Shown: positions 40,337-51,121, numbered from the stretch's first letter. The stretch is 64,000 nucleotides of DNA from Thermoplasmata archaeon (GCA_039794005.1 JBAMMA010000019.1:1-64000); one strand, 5' to 3'. The notes: a model not told the origin generated them from the letters alone. Program-made: numbers and translations.

Positions 40337-40993
40337 TTTCATGTACATTAATTCATAATTTACAATTATTTCATTTGCTACGGTCCATGCCATTAACCTT
40401 TGGTTATAGATTGATCTTCTCTCATATTCATTGACATTTGACAAAAATTTTCCTTCTGGAAATCCACCTATTAAAATTACAATGTCCTCTTTCAAGAATT
40501 CGGATGGTTTAGAGAGGATACCTGTTTCATCCATGACAATAACATTTTCCAAATTTATTTCATTTATTAAAGAGAAAATATCTTTTTTCTCAATCCACAT
40601 CAATGGATTTTCTTTATCAGGGACGTAAGAATTCTGAAATAAAGATTCCATCAATCCAATAAAGCGGTGGTATGCCTTGGGAATCTTTGTTTCGGGTTTA
40701 ATTTTTATCACCACATTATTCCTGGTATGAACATAAACACGGAGACGATTTTCGTAGTTTAATATGCTCTCCAAGCTGTTTAATAAAAATACGTGAACTA
40801 TATCCGGTCTACCCCTCCTATTTTCCTGTCCCGGAAAATATTTTCTTATCGCCTGATGGTGATATGATGAATCTAAAAGCATATTTCTTGGTTTCTTTCC
40901 CCTCTTTTCGGCATGCTTTTTTACAACTGGATGCATCCATAGTTCTTCGGGAATGGTTTCAAGTTCAGAATCAAAAAGGATTAAATGAAGCAT
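40328..40993 (-). CDS. nep1: 16S rRNA pseudouridine N1-methyltransferase Nep1/Emg1
   Basis: LETIP, LLDSSYHH, RGRPDIVH, VYVHT, RFIGLME, IGGFPEG. Confidence 0.93.
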   Translation of the reverse strand: MLHLILFDSELETIPEELWMHPVVKKHAEKRGKKPRNMLLDSSYHHQAIRKYFPGQENRRGRPDIVHVFLLNSLESILNYENRLRVYVHTRNNVVIKIKPETKIPKAYHRFIGLMESLFQNSYVPDKENPLMWIEKKDIFSLINEINLENVIVMDETGILSKPSEFLKEDIVILIGGFPEGKFLSNVNEYERRSIYNQRLMAWTVANEIIVNYELMYMKLH

Positions 40994-40994
40994 A

Positions 40995-41297
40995 TCAACC
41001 AAATATTGATCCAAAACCTTCTAGGCTACTTTCATCCTGTTCTTTTATTTTTTTATATATGCTGTCTATTTCATTTTTTTCAATTTTCACAGAAAATTTT
41101 TCACCTATTTCCATGGCTCTTTTTACAGCCTCATCGGATCCTTCAATCAAAATATAAATATAATCTGGCTCTAGGTTTAATGAAACTCCTTCTCTCTTTA
41201 TTATTGTTTGCCTGCTCACCAAATCGTCTTTATATAGATCATCTATTCTTGCCTGATTTTTCTTTTCAACTTTTAATACAGTATACATAAAAAACAT
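40995..41297 (-). CDS. Conserved archaeal hypothetical protein
   Basis: KDDLVSRQ...YILIEGSDE...GFGSIFG; abuts nep1. Confidence 0.7.
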   Translation of the reverse strand: MFFMYTVLKVEKKNQARIDDLYKDDLVSRQTIIKREGVSLNLEPDYIYILIEGSDEAVKRAMEIGEKFSVKIEKNEIDSIYKKIKEQDESSLEGFGSIFG

Positions 41298-41323
41298 AAA
41301 AATAATTTAAAAGATAAATTTTT

Positions 41324-41575
41324 TTAATACATTGTTAAATTATATTTTTCTTTCAGTTCAATGAACCTTTTTCTTGAATCCACCTTTGTTATTTTAGATA
41401 TTATTTCCATCATTTCCTTCACTGAAGGATCCCACACTTCCCTTGCCAGAACCATCCTTTTTTCTTCATCATCAAAGTATATATCCTCTCCATATTCTTT
41501 AAAACATCTTAATACATGAGCTGCACTTTCCTCGTATTCTTCCATCCTTTCAAATTCTTCTATACATTCTTTCAT
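41324..41575 (-). CDS. Hypothetical protein at the distal end of the nuo operon
   Basis: 83-aa ORF with a 4-bp ATGA overlap with the upstream ORF. Confidence 0.7.
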   Translation of the reverse strand: MKECIEEFERMEEYEESAAHVLRCFKEYGEDIYFDDEEKRMVLAREVWDPSVKEMMEIISKITKVDSRKRFIELKEKYNLTMY

Positions 41576-41937
41576 AAATCATCACACCTCTGCATATTGT
41601 AATATGGGTATTCAATATCATATCTATTAATGGCATATTCTACCTTGTGTATTATGGAATATGCGAATTTTTTAGGATCTCCGGTCTCTTCCCTATCTTT
41701 CATGAATATTTCGGGATATTTCTCTGATAATTCAAGAATCCTTTTCTTGAATTCTTTAATAGATATTTTATTTTCCAATACTTTGATTATATAATCGGCC
41801 AAAAGTAAATATCCATCATATTCTACCTTCCTATGCATTCTTTTTTCAGATAATTTTTTAATTGCATTATATGCACTCTTTACATCTCCAAATAGTATAT
41901 CTGTTAGAAAGATTTCAATGTATATATCCTCAATCAT
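41572..41937 (-). CDS. Hypothetical protein at the distal end of the nuo operon
   Basis: 121-aa ORF, ATGA overlap with the nuoN stop, GGGGTGA SD. Confidence 0.7.
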   Translation of the reverse strand: MIEDIYIEIFLTDILFGDVKSAYNAIKKLSEKRMHRKVEYDGYLLLADYIIKVLENKISIKEFKKRILELSEKYPEIFMKDREETGDPKKFAYSIIHKVEYAINRYDIEYPYYNMQRCDDL

Positions 41938-43367
41938 TTTATCACCCCTATGTTGAAAATATAGGGTACTAAGATTCCCAATATTATGGATAATATTGCC
42001 ATGGTGAGAATTATGAATTCCAATACTCTATCATTTTTAATCTCGTTCTTTGGCTCTTTCCAATACATATACATTACAACTCTGAAATAATAATACACTG
42101 ATATTGCTGAATTTATGACACCTATTATGGCAAACCACCAGAAATTATTCACGACGAGCGTATAAAATAAATAGAATTTGCCCATGAAACCTAGGGTAGG
42201 AGGAATGCCAGCCAATGAGAAAAGCAGTATCGAGAATGATAAAGCAAGTATTGGACTTTTCTTTGAGAGACCTGATATATTATCAAGAGTTGTCGAAATA
42301 GAATATTCTTCAAAATTCTCCATTGCAATAAAAGATCCACCTTTCATTATAACATATGCTAATGAAAATATAAATGTAATGATATAAACAGTATTGATGA
42401 ATGTCTTGTAATTTAAATAATAAAGCAATGAAAATACCATAGCCATATATCCTGCGTTTGCAATACTGCTATAGGCTAACATTCTCTTTACATCCCTTTG
42501 CATTAAGGCCGTAATATTTCCATAAAACATTGTCAGAATAGAAATTACAATGAAAATATAATATAAAAGATCATTTGTGGTTTTAATGTTGGAATAACCG
42601 TGAAGGTTTAATAACTGAATGTTGAAAAATATATTTATCATAATGATAAGGGCCATAATTTTGCTGGCAGTGGATAATAATGATGATACGGTAGCTCTAG
42701 CACCTGTATATGTATCAATTGCCCAATTGTGGAATGGGAAAAGCGATAACTTAAATCCAAAACCAACTAATAACATTAATAATGACAATATATATAAAAA
42801 TAGGTTATTAATTCCAGTAACGTTGTATAATGATAGAGTATTTGTAGATATGTAATAATATGAGATTCCAAGCAATATTATACCGGAAGATAACGCCCCT
42901 ATAACAAAATACTTTAATGATGCCTCCAAAGTCCTTTTTTCCTTGGGTATACCTGCCAATACATAGGTTGTTAGGGATGCAGCCTCAAATGAAACGAACA
43001 GAGAAATCAAATTATTTGAGGATATTGCAAAATACATGGCAATCAATGAAAATGGTATTAGAACGTAATAAATCGAAATATCTTTATTTTGAACATTCCT
43101 AAGTGATATCGCTGAAAACAAACCTATAAATGTGAATAATATGAAAAATAGATATGTATAATAAGTAAAAATGAAAAATGAGTTTGATGAATAGAAGCTT
43201 TTATCATTAGTTAAAACAACATATAAGGATAATATAAATGATATAAAAATTCCAATTGAAGATATTGCCATTATGATTTTCTTGTTTACAAAAGGAATTA
43301 GAATTAAAGATATGAGCGAAAATACCAACAATATTACAGGTTCCAGATATGGGTAAAAGGTAGACAT
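41934..43367 (-). CDS. nuoN: Complex I-like antiporter subunit N
   Basis: EASLKYF, GFGFKLSLFPFHNW..D.Y.GA, KRMLAYSSI, SLAGIPPTLGF.GK. Confidence 0.93.
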   Translation of the reverse strand: MSTFYPYLEPVILLVFSLISLILIPFVNKKIIMAISSIGIFISFILSLYVVLTNDKSFYSSNSFFIFTYYTYLFFILFTFIGLFSAISLRNVQNKDISIYYVLIPFSLIAMYFAISSNNLISLFVSFEAASLTTYVLAGIPKEKRTLEASLKYFVIGALSSGIILLGISYYYISTNTLSLYNVTGINNLFLYILSLLMLLVGFGFKLSLFPFHNWAIDTYTGARATVSSLLSTASKIMALIIMINIFFNIQLLNLHGYSNIKTTNDLLYYIFIVISILTMFYGNITALMQRDVKRMLAYSSIANAGYMAMVFSLLYYLNYKTFINTVYIITFIFSLAYVIMKGGSFIAMENFEEYSISTTLDNISGLSKKSPILALSFSILLFSLAGIPPTLGFMGKFYLFYTLVVNNFWWFAIIGVINSAISVYYYFRVVMYMYWKEPKNEIKNDRVLEFIILTMAILSIILGILVPYIFNIGVIK

Positions 43368-43368
43368 T

Positions 43369-44877
43369 TCATGCACCTCCTATTAATATATTAGAATAAT
43401 TATAAAATAAATGATCTCCTATTAATATATTAGAATAATTATAAAATAAATGATAAATAGGATAGGGATAAATTCCTAAAATAAATGCTATTATCAGCAA
43501 AAGTAACATTGGCCATAGTTCGTTTAATAACATGTCAGATATTTTCCCGAGGTAATTATTGTATGGACCAAATAACGTCTTTTGCAAAGCCCATATATGA
43601 TAGCTTGCAACCACCACCATCCCAAAAATCAGAACAAATGACCAATATTGTAAAACAATCCAGGAACCTATTACAACGGAAAATTCAGATATAAAACCTG
43701 CAAAACCAGGAAGTCCCAAAGAAGCCAGGAATCCGCCTACCATTATAAATGCAAGGTTTGGCATCATCTTGGTTATTCCTCCAAGGTCATTCATTGACCT
43801 TGTTCCCGTAGATCTTTCCACGGATCCCACACTACCGAAGAGTATTGGTATTATTATACCGTGTGCAAAGATCATGAACATACCGCCCGTTAAAACTAAC
43901 CTGATTCCATTCATATATTGTGATAAAGGTGCAATATACAAAAATACACCTGCAGAAAGAGTGATGAATCCCATGTGACCTATGCTTGCATATGCAACCA
44001 TTCTCTTTAGATCCTTTTGTGCCAATGCAACCAATGCTGAATAGACTATAGATGTTATACCCAGAATTATCAATAGAATGCCCACCCATGAGGGTAACAA
44101 AGATCCTATGCCATTTTTATTTATAAATATGACAAATATTCCGAATGCACCCATTTTGGATAACAGTCCTGAAAATATCATGGAAGAGGTGGTTGGAGAT
44201 TCTACGTAGACATCTGGAGCCCATGAATGGAATGGAAATGAGGGTAATTTTATGAAAAATGCTAAAAAGAAACCTAACAAAACTATTGGTATTAATGGGC
44301 CAGGGATATTTTTTACATTGGATAATACAGAATATGAGAAATTTGAATTACTGTAAAATCCTATTATAAATATTGAAATTAGCATAAAAACAGATCCAAC
44401 ATGAGTATATATGAGGAATTTTAATGATGTATAATCTTTTCTGGGACCTCCCCATCTACCTAGCATAAAGTATGATGGGATTAGGACAAGTTCCCAGAAG
44501 ACGTAAAAGAATACTAGGTTATAGGATAAAAACACACCGATCAAAGAAAATTCTAAAAAGAATACATATGAGAAATATGAATTTTCGATATTTTTATCCT
44601 GATAAGATATTGCGATAAATATAACTAATGCTACTAATAGCAGAAGCGGTAATGTAAAATAATTAAGTATAACATCAAAGGATATTCCACTTGATAATGA
44701 AAATAATGTGTATATAACAGTCTGATCATATTTTATTATAAAGATATATAAAATGAACAATAAAAATAGACCTGACAAAACAGTTGAAATTAATTTTGCA
44801 TATTTCTTTGTAAACAGTGGAATTATTGTAAATAACAATGGAAATGCAAATATCAAATAAATTAAAATATCAACCAT
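43369..44877 (-). CDS. nuoM: Complex I-like antiporter subunit M
   Basis: FYVFWELVLIP, KFLIYT, IKLP.FPFHSW, LSKMG, DLKRMVAYAS, LGLPG..GFISEF. Confidence 0.93.
   Translation of the reverse strand: MVDILIYLIFAFPLLFTIIPLFTKKYAKLISTVLSGLFLLFILYIFIIKYDQTVIYTLFSLSSGISFDVILNYFTLPLLLLVALVIFIAISYQDKNIENSYFSYVFFLEFSLIGVFLSYNLVFFYVFWELVLIPSYFMLGRWGGPRKDYTSLKFLIYTHVGSVFMLISIFIIGFYSNSNFSYSVLSNVKNIPGPLIPIVLLGFFLAFFIKLPSFPFHSWAPDVYVESPTTSSMIFSGLLSKMGAFGIFVIFINKNGIGSLLPSWVGILLIILGITSIVYSALVALAQKDLKRMVAYASIGHMGFITLSAGVFLYIAPLSQYMNGIRLVLTGGMFMIFAHGIIIPILFGSVGSVERSTGTRSMNDLGGITKMMPNLAFIMVGGFLASLGLPGFAGFISEFSVVIGSWIVLQYWSFVLIFGMVVVASYHIWALQKTLFGPYNNYLGKISDMLLNELWPMLLLLIIAFILGIYPYPIYHLFYNYSNILIGDHLFYNYSNILIGGA
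43377..43454. repeat. Perfect 2 x 39-bp tandem duplication at the 3' end of nuoM
   Basis: CTCCTATTAATATATTAGAATAATTATAAAATAAATGAT at 43377-43415 and 43416-43454; gives HLFYNYSNILIG twice. Confidence 0.93.
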
Positions 44878-46836
44878 TTATATCCCTCCTATTAATATAA
44901 TAACTGTGATCAATATTGCAATGAGACCGCCCAGCATTATTGCTGCATAATACTGTACAATCCCGACCTGTATTTTCTTGAAATAATCTGAAAGGTTCTT
45001 GAAAATCCAACCTATTCCATTTACTATACCATCAATAACATATTTATCAAATATGTTGAAAACCTTTGCCAGAATTAACATGAACCTTTCTGCTATTATA
45101 TTTGTAAACAGGAAATCCAGGTAATATTTGTTCTTGACAATCTTGTAAATTATTCCAGATTTCCTTGCAAAATTTTCTGCACTCAATTTATATGAGGCAT
45201 AATATAAATATGCTATTAATAAACCCAACAATAACAAGGCAAATGGGAGCCATTCAATATACCATGTAATGTCGAATTTGAACGTGTTCATTTTATAAAC
45301 ACCGTTGAAGAAATTGTAAAAATCTGATTGGAATACACCATATATTATTGACAATATTGATAGAATTATTAATGGAACCATCATTACCCATGGTGGATCC
45401 TTTGCATTTTCTGCTGCATAACTCTTGGGCTTTCCCAATGCCACAACAAAAAACATCCTAAATGTATATAGCGTGGTTAAAAATGCTCCGATCAACAGTA
45501 GGAACCAGGCAAAGAAAAGTGATTCATTTTCCATATAGCCGTAATATGATAATGATATTATAGCATCTTTACTGAAATAACCTGCAAATGGTGGAAATCC
45601 TATTAGTGTTAATCCACCAATAAACATGGCAGTGATCGTAATAGGCATTTTCTTCCAAAGACCACCCATTTTTCTTATATCTCTTATATCAAGGAGCATG
45701 AACAATATTGAACCTGCTGATAAGAATAACAGGGCCTTCAAAAATGCATGAACAACCAGATGATACAAACCATATCCAACAGTAGATTCACTCAATACAA
45801 TTCCAACCCCAAGGGCAGATAACATGTATCCGAGCTGACTTATTGTAGAATATGCCAAAATTCTTTTTATATCGTTAACTACGATTCCTATTGTTCCTGC
45901 CAAAAATGCTGTGAATGCCCCTATGTATAGTACCAAAAATCCTACCCATGGTTGACCATATATATATATTGGATAAACCCTTGCGACTAAATATATACCC
46001 GCTGTTACCATTGTAGCTGCATGTATCAATGCTGAAACAGTTGTAGGCCCTTCCATTGCATCTGGTATCCAAACATGCAGTGGGAATTGTGAAGATTTAC
46101 CTACAGCTCCTCCAAGTATTAATGCACCGGCCAAGGCCAATTGAAAGTTTGAATGAACTTTATTTATTAACATAGGTATTTGCGTGTTTAAATTATATAT
46201 TGATAGAGTATTATTTGTATTGAACGTTGTCCAATACAAAACTGCAAGGCCTAATATCAACAAAACATCTCCTACCCTTGTAACAATGAATGCCTTTTTA
46301 GCTGCAGAAGCAGCATTTGGCTTAAAATACCAAAATCCAATCAATAAATATGAACACAATCCTACCAATTCCCAGAATAAGAATAACATAACGAGATTTG
46401 CACTTAAAACTAAACCCAACATTCCACCTGTAAATAATGATGTTTCTGCAAAGTAGATGTGCTTATTTGGATCTTTTCCCATGTATCCAATTGCAAACAT
46501 ATGTATTAGGAATGATACGCCAGAAACCATCAATGCCATTGTTATTGATAGTGGATCTACATAAACACCCCACGTTATGTTTGCAAACCACGGGAATTCA
46601 TAGTTAAAATAGTAATATGAGGGGTCAAATGAAAAAGTACCCTTGGAATATACATACCATGATAATATAAATGATATGAATATTCCAGAAGTTGCGAGGA
46701 TTCCAGATATCTTTTTACCAAATTCGCTGAATTTTCCAATCAACAATATGATTGGAAACATTACTATTGGCAAAACAAATATCATGAATGCAGCAATAAG
46801 ATATTGGTTCCATACGGTTAATTGATAAACGTTCAT
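44878..46836 (-). CDS. nuoL: Complex I-like antiporter subunit L
   Basis: WELVGLCSYLLIGFW, KAFIVTRVGD, GKSSQFPLHVWIPDAMEGPTTVSALIHAATMV, KRILAYSTISQLG. Confidence 0.95.
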   Translation of the reverse strand: MNVYQLTVWNQYLIAAFMIFVLPIVMFPIILLIGKFSEFGKKISGILATSGIFISFILSWYVYSKGTFSFDPSYYYFNYEFPWFANITWGVYVDPLSITMALMVSGVSFLIHMFAIGYMGKDPNKHIYFAETSLFTGGMLGLVLSANLVMLFLFWELVGLCSYLLIGFWYFKPNAASAAKKAFIVTRVGDVLLILGLAVLYWTTFNTNNTLSIYNLNTQIPMLINKVHSNFQLALAGALILGGAVGKSSQFPLHVWIPDAMEGPTTVSALIHAATMVTAGIYLVARVYPIYIYGQPWVGFLVLYIGAFTAFLAGTIGIVVNDIKRILAYSTISQLGYMLSALGVGIVLSESTVGYGLYHLVVHAFLKALLFLSAGSILFMLLDIRDIRKMGGLWKKMPITITAMFIGGLTLIGFPPFAGYFSKDAIISLSYYGYMENESLFFAWFLLLIGAFLTTLYTFRMFFVVALGKPKSYAAENAKDPPWVMMVPLIILSILSIIYGVFQSDFYNFFNGVYKMNTFKFDITWYIEWLPFALLLLGLLIAYLYYASYKLSAENFARKSGIIYKIVKNKYYLDFLFTNIIAERFMLILAKVFNIFDKYVIDGIVNGIGWIFKNLSDYFKKIQVGIVQYYAAIMLGGLIAILITVIILIGGI

Positions 46837-46839
46837 ATT

Positions 46840-47142
46840 TCACCACCTTAAATCTGACAATTTTGTTAAATCTATTCCCTTACCTTTTCTATGTAATGCA
46901 ACAAAAATTGAAAATCCAATAATGGATTCTGCTGCTGCTATAGAAATGGACAAAAGTACAAAGAATATTCCATTATAATCCTGAATGTTTATCGCCCATG
47001 CCAAGATGTTTAGGTTTGCGGCATTAACTATTATTTCAACACTCATTAATAGTTTAATACCTCCTCTTGCCAATAGAATGCCTATGATTCCAATTGAGAA
47101 GTATAACGTACTAATAAAAAGAACCATCCAAAGTTGTATCAT
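46840..47142 (-). CDS. nuoK: Complex I-like subunit K
   Basis: 3 TM; LMSVE, AAAE; operon position. Confidence 0.9.
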   Translation of the reverse strand: MIQLWMVLFISTLYFSIGIIGILLARGGIKLLMSVEIIVNAANLNILAWAINIQDYNGIFFVLLSISIAAAESIIGFSIFVALHRKGKGIDLTKLSDLRW

Positions 47143-47381
47143 ATTTCATCATCCCTTCCAGCCAGGTAAAATGCACCCACCATTGATGACAAAATCAATA
47201 TTGCTAAAATTATCATGACAACGAAATATTTAGGAGAAAATATATTGATTCCTAGGGTAGATAGATAGTTGAGAGATGATTCAATAGTTATTTTTGTATT
47301 ATATTTAATTTCAAACAAGAACAGTACTATAAACAATAATATACCATATGCCGTGGCTGTGCTAATCCGCAACTTCCTCAC
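47139..47381 (-). CDS. nuoJ2: Complex I-like subunit J, C-terminal half (split gene)
   Basis: 2 TM; LG..IF..Y...MVGA..LA pattern; operon position. Confidence 0.8.
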   Translation of the reverse strand: MRKLRISTATAYGILLFIVLFLFEIKYNTKITIESSLNYLSTLGINIFSPKYFVVMIILAILILSSMVGAFYLAGRDDEI

Positions 47382-47610
47382 CTCTTGTTAACATTATTGT
47401 GAATATTAACAATGTGATCACAGCTCCTACATAAACAATGATTTGAACTGCTCCCATAAATCCAGATCCAAGTATTACATAGAGAGTTGCCACGGATAGT
47501 AAAAATAACATAAGCCAAAGGGCTGCCCTGTACAGTTTTTTTTCAATTACAACGAGGTATGAAAATATTCCACCAATAATTCCCGTCAATAAAAATATGT
47601 ATTCAATCAT
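47362..47610 (-). CDS. nuoJ1: Complex I-like subunit J, N-terminal half (split gene)
   Basis: AALWL, F.GAVQIIVYVGAV..L.IF.IML. Confidence 0.88.
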   Translation of the reverse strand: MIEYIFLLTGIIGGIFSYLVVIEKKLYRAALWLMLFLLSVATLYVILGSGFMGAVQIIVYVGAVITLLIFTIMLTRGEEVAD

Positions 47611-48013
47611 GATGTTTCAACTCCTCTTCGGTTCTAGACAATCTATCTGGTAGATAATCAAAATCTTTTTCAAAGCTTGCCAATGTCATATCGTTTGATA
47701 ACCTTATGGATCCCGTTGGGCAAATGGCCTGACACAAGCCACAGTATGTACATGTACCTATGTTTACAGCAGGATATATTTTTCTTTTGTTTTTACCATT
47801 ATCATAATCAAAATATACCATATGATCGGATTCATTTGGACATATTTGAGAGCATAATGAACATCCTATACATGTATCTAAATTCAAATATACCCTTCCC
47901 CTAAACCTCTTTGTATGCCAGGGTATTTCTTCCTCAGGATATTCAACGGTTACAGGTTTTCTCCTTGAATGTTTCAATACTACAAGCATCCCTTTTAATA
48001 TACCCTTGACCAT
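47603..48013 (-). CDS. nuoI: Complex I-like subunit I (2x[4Fe-4S])
   Basis: TVEYPEE, RFRG, CIGCSLCSQICP and CTYCGLCQAICP. Confidence 0.94.
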   Translation of the reverse strand: MVKGILKGMLVVLKHSRRKPVTVEYPEEEIPWHTKRFRGRVYLNLDTCIGCSLCSQICPNESDHMVYFDYDNGKNKRKIYPAVNIGTCTYCGLCQAICPTGSIRLSNDMTLASFEKDFDYLPDRLSRTEEELKHHD

Positions 48014-49090
48014 TCATAACACCCCCTGCATAAACAATATTAAAACCATTGTCCATAGTAAGTTGATCAATGATAAAGGAAGCAGATATTTCCACCCAAA
48101 GTTCATGTATTTATCTACCCTAATTCTTGGTAATGATACCCATATTGTCAAAAAGAGGAACGTGAATATGAAAGCTTTAATCAACAGCCATACGTATCCA
48201 AATCCGGGCAAAAATGGCAGATCAGATCCTCCTCCAAGATAAACTGTTGAAATAAACAGAGATCCAAAGAAAATTGATCCAAAAACACCTAAATAGAATA
48301 TACCAAATCTTAAACCTGAATATTCAACATTAAACCCTGAAACAAGTTCACTTTCACTTTCTGGCAAATCGAATGGCACAACTGCCATTTTACTTAAAAC
48401 TGCAACGAAAAAGACCAAAAAACCAATAGGTTCTAAAATTGCTATTGGAATGTAATGCCATTGATATTGAGAAATTGTATTTAAATTCAAAGAACCAGTT
48501 AACATTATTACACCTATTAATGATATCATCATAGGTATTTCGTAGCTAAGGTCTTGTGCAGCCGCTCTCAGGGCGCCTATTAAAGAAAATTTATTGTTTG
48601 AAGCAAATCCAGCTATAATTTCACCTATTGGTGGAATTGCAGAGAATGCAATGATCAACAATAGTGTTACATTGACATTTGTGAAAATAATGGCCCAATG
48701 GTAAATTGTACCGTAAGGAATTAAAAGGTAGCTCATGATTAATGGAATAAATACTAAATAAGGGGCAAACCTGAACAATATTGGATCAACATTATCAGGA
48801 ATTATATCCTCCTTACCAAACATTTTCAGAGCATCTGCAATCAACTGAAGTGTACCGTATGGACCTACTCTATTTGGTCCTATTCTCTGTTGAAGATCGG
48901 CCATCCATTTCCTGAAAATATATATAACAACAACTATAGTTAATGAGGCTGCAATAAATATTAATAATGCACCTATTGTATCAACAATAAGCCTTTGGAA
49001 CAATGCACCATATGGAGGTAAATATTGTGAATATGAAATTCCAATATATGTTAATATAAAATTAATGAGCTGAAGTATTGAATACATCAT
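48014..49090 (-). CDS. nuoH: Complex I-like subunit H
   Basis: QRIGPNRVGP.G.LQ.IADALK..GKE, SNNKFSLIGALR, SYE, PFDLPESESELV.G..VEYSG, PRIRVD. Confidence 0.95.
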   Translation of the reverse strand: MMYSILQLINFILTYIGISYSQYLPPYGALFQRLIVDTIGALLIFIAASLTIVVVIYIFRKWMADLQQRIGPNRVGPYGTLQLIADALKMFGKEDIIPDNVDPILFRFAPYLVFIPLIMSYLLIPYGTIYHWAIIFTNVNVTLLLIIAFSAIPPIGEIIAGFASNNKFSLIGALRAAAQDLSYEIPMMISLIGVIMLTGSLNLNTISQYQWHYIPIAILEPIGFLVFFVAVLSKMAVVPFDLPESESELVSGFNVEYSGLRFGIFYLGVFGSIFFGSLFISTVYLGGGSDLPFLPGFGYVWLLIKAFIFTFLFLTIWVSLPRIRVDKYMNFGWKYLLPLSLINLLWTMVLILFMQGVL

Positions 49091-50205
49091 TACCTATCAA
49101 CCTCCCCAAAAACTGGATCCAATGTTGATAATGTCGCTATTAAATCGGCTATCTTTAATCCTTTCACCATTTCATTAACAGCGGACAAATTGTGAAATGC
49201 CGGTGACCTTATCCTTACCCTGTAGGGTTTTTTAGAACCATCACCTACAACATATACACCAAATTCTCCTCTGGGAGATTCTGTCCTCACGTATGATTCT
49301 CCGGAGCCTTTTATATTGATCAAACCGGATTTCTTGTATAGTGAATTCTGATATTCACCTGGAGGTAACTTTTCATATACTTGTTTGGCAATTTTTAAAG
49401 ATTGTTCCATTTCCTTGAATCTTACCTCAAACCTAGCGTAGTTATCCATTCCGTGTGATATTGGTATTTCAAAATCAACCTTATCATAATAAAGATATGG
49501 TGAAATTTTCCTGATATCATAATTTACTCCACTTGCCCTTAAAACTGGGCCAGTAATGCTATAACTTTTTGCCACTTCAGGAGGTAATATTCCTATACCC
49601 CTCATCCTTTGTATAAAAATTTCATTCTTTTCAAAAAGGGATTTTAATTCGTTCAAACGGGCAGGAAAATCGTTTACAAATTCCTTAAACTTTTCGTCAA
49701 ATTCATTTGGTAAATCGTTATACACTCCTCCAATGCTTATATAATTATATGTAAGCCTTGCCCCTGAAACCATTTCAAAAAGCTGTAAAATTCTTTCTCT
49801 TTCCCTAAAGGCATAAAAGAATGGAGTTATCATACCAAGATCTAGGCCCATGGTTCCCGCCCATACCAAATGGCTTGCAATCCTATTGAGTTCTGCAAAC
49901 AACATTCTTAACCAAATTGCCCTTTCTGGAACATCAATACCTGCCAATTTTTCAACCGCCAACACATACCCCAATTCCATGTTATGATTTCCTACATAGT
50001 CCAACCTATCCATAAAAATCAAATTTGAAGCATAATAGTTAAATTCTGATAACTTTTCAGCATTTCTATGCAAATATCCTATAATTGGCTCGGCAGATAA
50101 TACGGTTTCGCCATTTAATTTAACTTTCAATCTTAAAACGCCGTGAGTGGATGGATGTTGAGGACCAAAATTTACTTCCAAAATTTTTTCTTCCATCTTT
50201 ACCAC
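49090..50205 (-). CDS. nuoD: Complex I-like subunit D
   Basis: NFGPQHPSTHGVLRL, GYLHR, DRLDY, ELNRIASHL, ESPRGE, GEVDR; no NiFe-binding CxxC pairs. Confidence 0.95.
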   Translation of the reverse strand: MVKMEEKILEVNFGPQHPSTHGVLRLKVKLNGETVLSAEPIIGYLHRNAEKLSEFNYYASNLIFMDRLDYVGNHNMELGYVLAVEKLAGIDVPERAIWLRMLFAELNRIASHLVWAGTMGLDLGMITPFFYAFRERERILQLFEMVSGARLTYNYISIGGVYNDLPNEFDEKFKEFVNDFPARLNELKSLFEKNEIFIQRMRGIGILPPEVAKSYSITGPVLRASGVNYDIRKISPYLYYDKVDFEIPISHGMDNYARFEVRFKEMEQSLKIAKQVYEKLPPGEYQNSLYKKSGLINIKGSGESYVRTESPRGEFGVYVVGDGSKKPYRVRIRSPAFHNLSAVNEMVKGLKIADLIATLSTLDPVFGEVDR

Positions 50206-50651
50206 CCGTCTTCAGGATTAAAACTCACAATATCTGTTCCATCTTCCTTCATGTTTACGTATTGTTTTTTAGACATGTCATAATCTTTTCTCAATGGATG
50301 GCCATGCCATCCTTCTGGTAGAAATATTCTCTTTAGATTTGGATGACCTTCAAATTTTATACCCATCAAATCGTAAATTTCCCTTTCAAACCAATTTGCT
50401 GCACCCCATAAAGAAGTTGATGATTGCAAAATATCATCTTCGGTCCTGACTTTTAATACTATTTTTCTATTATCATTATATGAACCCAAATGATATACAA
50501 CTTCCCTATATTTCTTGTAGTCCACTGCAGACATTAATATAAGATAGTCATAACCCTGATTTTTTAGGTTATTTAATTCTTCTATCAATGTACTTTTTTC
50601 TACCAAAATATACTTTGTTCCATCTTTTAAAACCCCTTCTTCAATGATCAT
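50199..50651 (-). CDS. nuoC: Complex I-like subunit C
   Basis: [36 protein letters not shown]. Confidence 0.95.
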   Translation of the reverse strand: MIIEEGVLKDGTKYILVEKSTLIEELNNLKNQGYDYLILMSAVDYKKYREVVYHLGSYNDNRKIVLKVRTEDDILQSSTSLWGAANWFEREIYDLMGIKFEGHPNLKRIFLPEGWHGHPLRKDYDMSKKQYVNMKEDGTDIVSFNPEDGW

Positions 50652-51121
50652 TTTTCAGTTTCCCCCTTTCTTATTTTTTCCTGGAGTTTATTAATTGCAT
50701 ATATCAAAGCCTCAGGTGTAGGTGGACATCCAGGCACGTAAACATCCACAGGTATAATCTTATCTACTCCTTCTACCACCGAATACCCAAATCTGTAAGG
50801 TCCTCCGGAGGTTGCACATGAACCAAATGCAATTACATATCTTGGAGATGCCATTTGTTCGTATAATCTTCTAACCCTTGGGGCCATTTTTTTTGTGACT
50901 GTCCCTGCAACAATCATTAAGTCTGCCTGTCTTGGTGACGCTCTGAAAATTTCACTCCCAAATCTTGCTATATCATAATGGGAACCTTGTGCCGACATCA
51001 TTTCAATGGCGCAGCATGCCAATCCAAAAGTAAATGGCCATACCGAATTGCTTCTTCCCCAATTCAAAACTTCTTCAATTGTTGTAAATAATATTGTATC
51101 CCTCATATCATTCATCTCCAT
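50648..51121 (-). CDS. nuoB: Complex I-like subunit B (cluster N2)
   Basis: [32 protein letters not shown]. Confidence 0.96.
   Translation of the reverse strand: MEMNDMRDTILFTTIEEVLNWGRSNSVWPFTFGLACCAIEMMSAQGSHYDIARFGSEIFRASPRQADLMIVAGTVTKKMAPRVRRLYEQMASPRYVIAFGSCATSGGPYRFGYSVVEGVDKIIPVDVYVPGCPPTPEALIYAINKLQEKIRKGETEK

Noticed and set aside
43377-43454. Possible CRISPR repeat
   Set aside because: Two abutting copies with no spacer, in frame within nuoM, and no cas genes in the window.
47139-47610. Frameshifted nuoJ pseudogene
   Set aside because: Each half has its own start codon (the second with a GAGGAAG/GAGGTGA SD-like context) and split NuoJ is common in archaea.
49090-51121. Group 4 [NiFe]-hydrogenase or Mbx/Mbs
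   Set aside because: The large subunit has no CxxC Ni ligands, NuoB has the tandem CC, and nuoA/J/K are present, so the complex is complex I-like.
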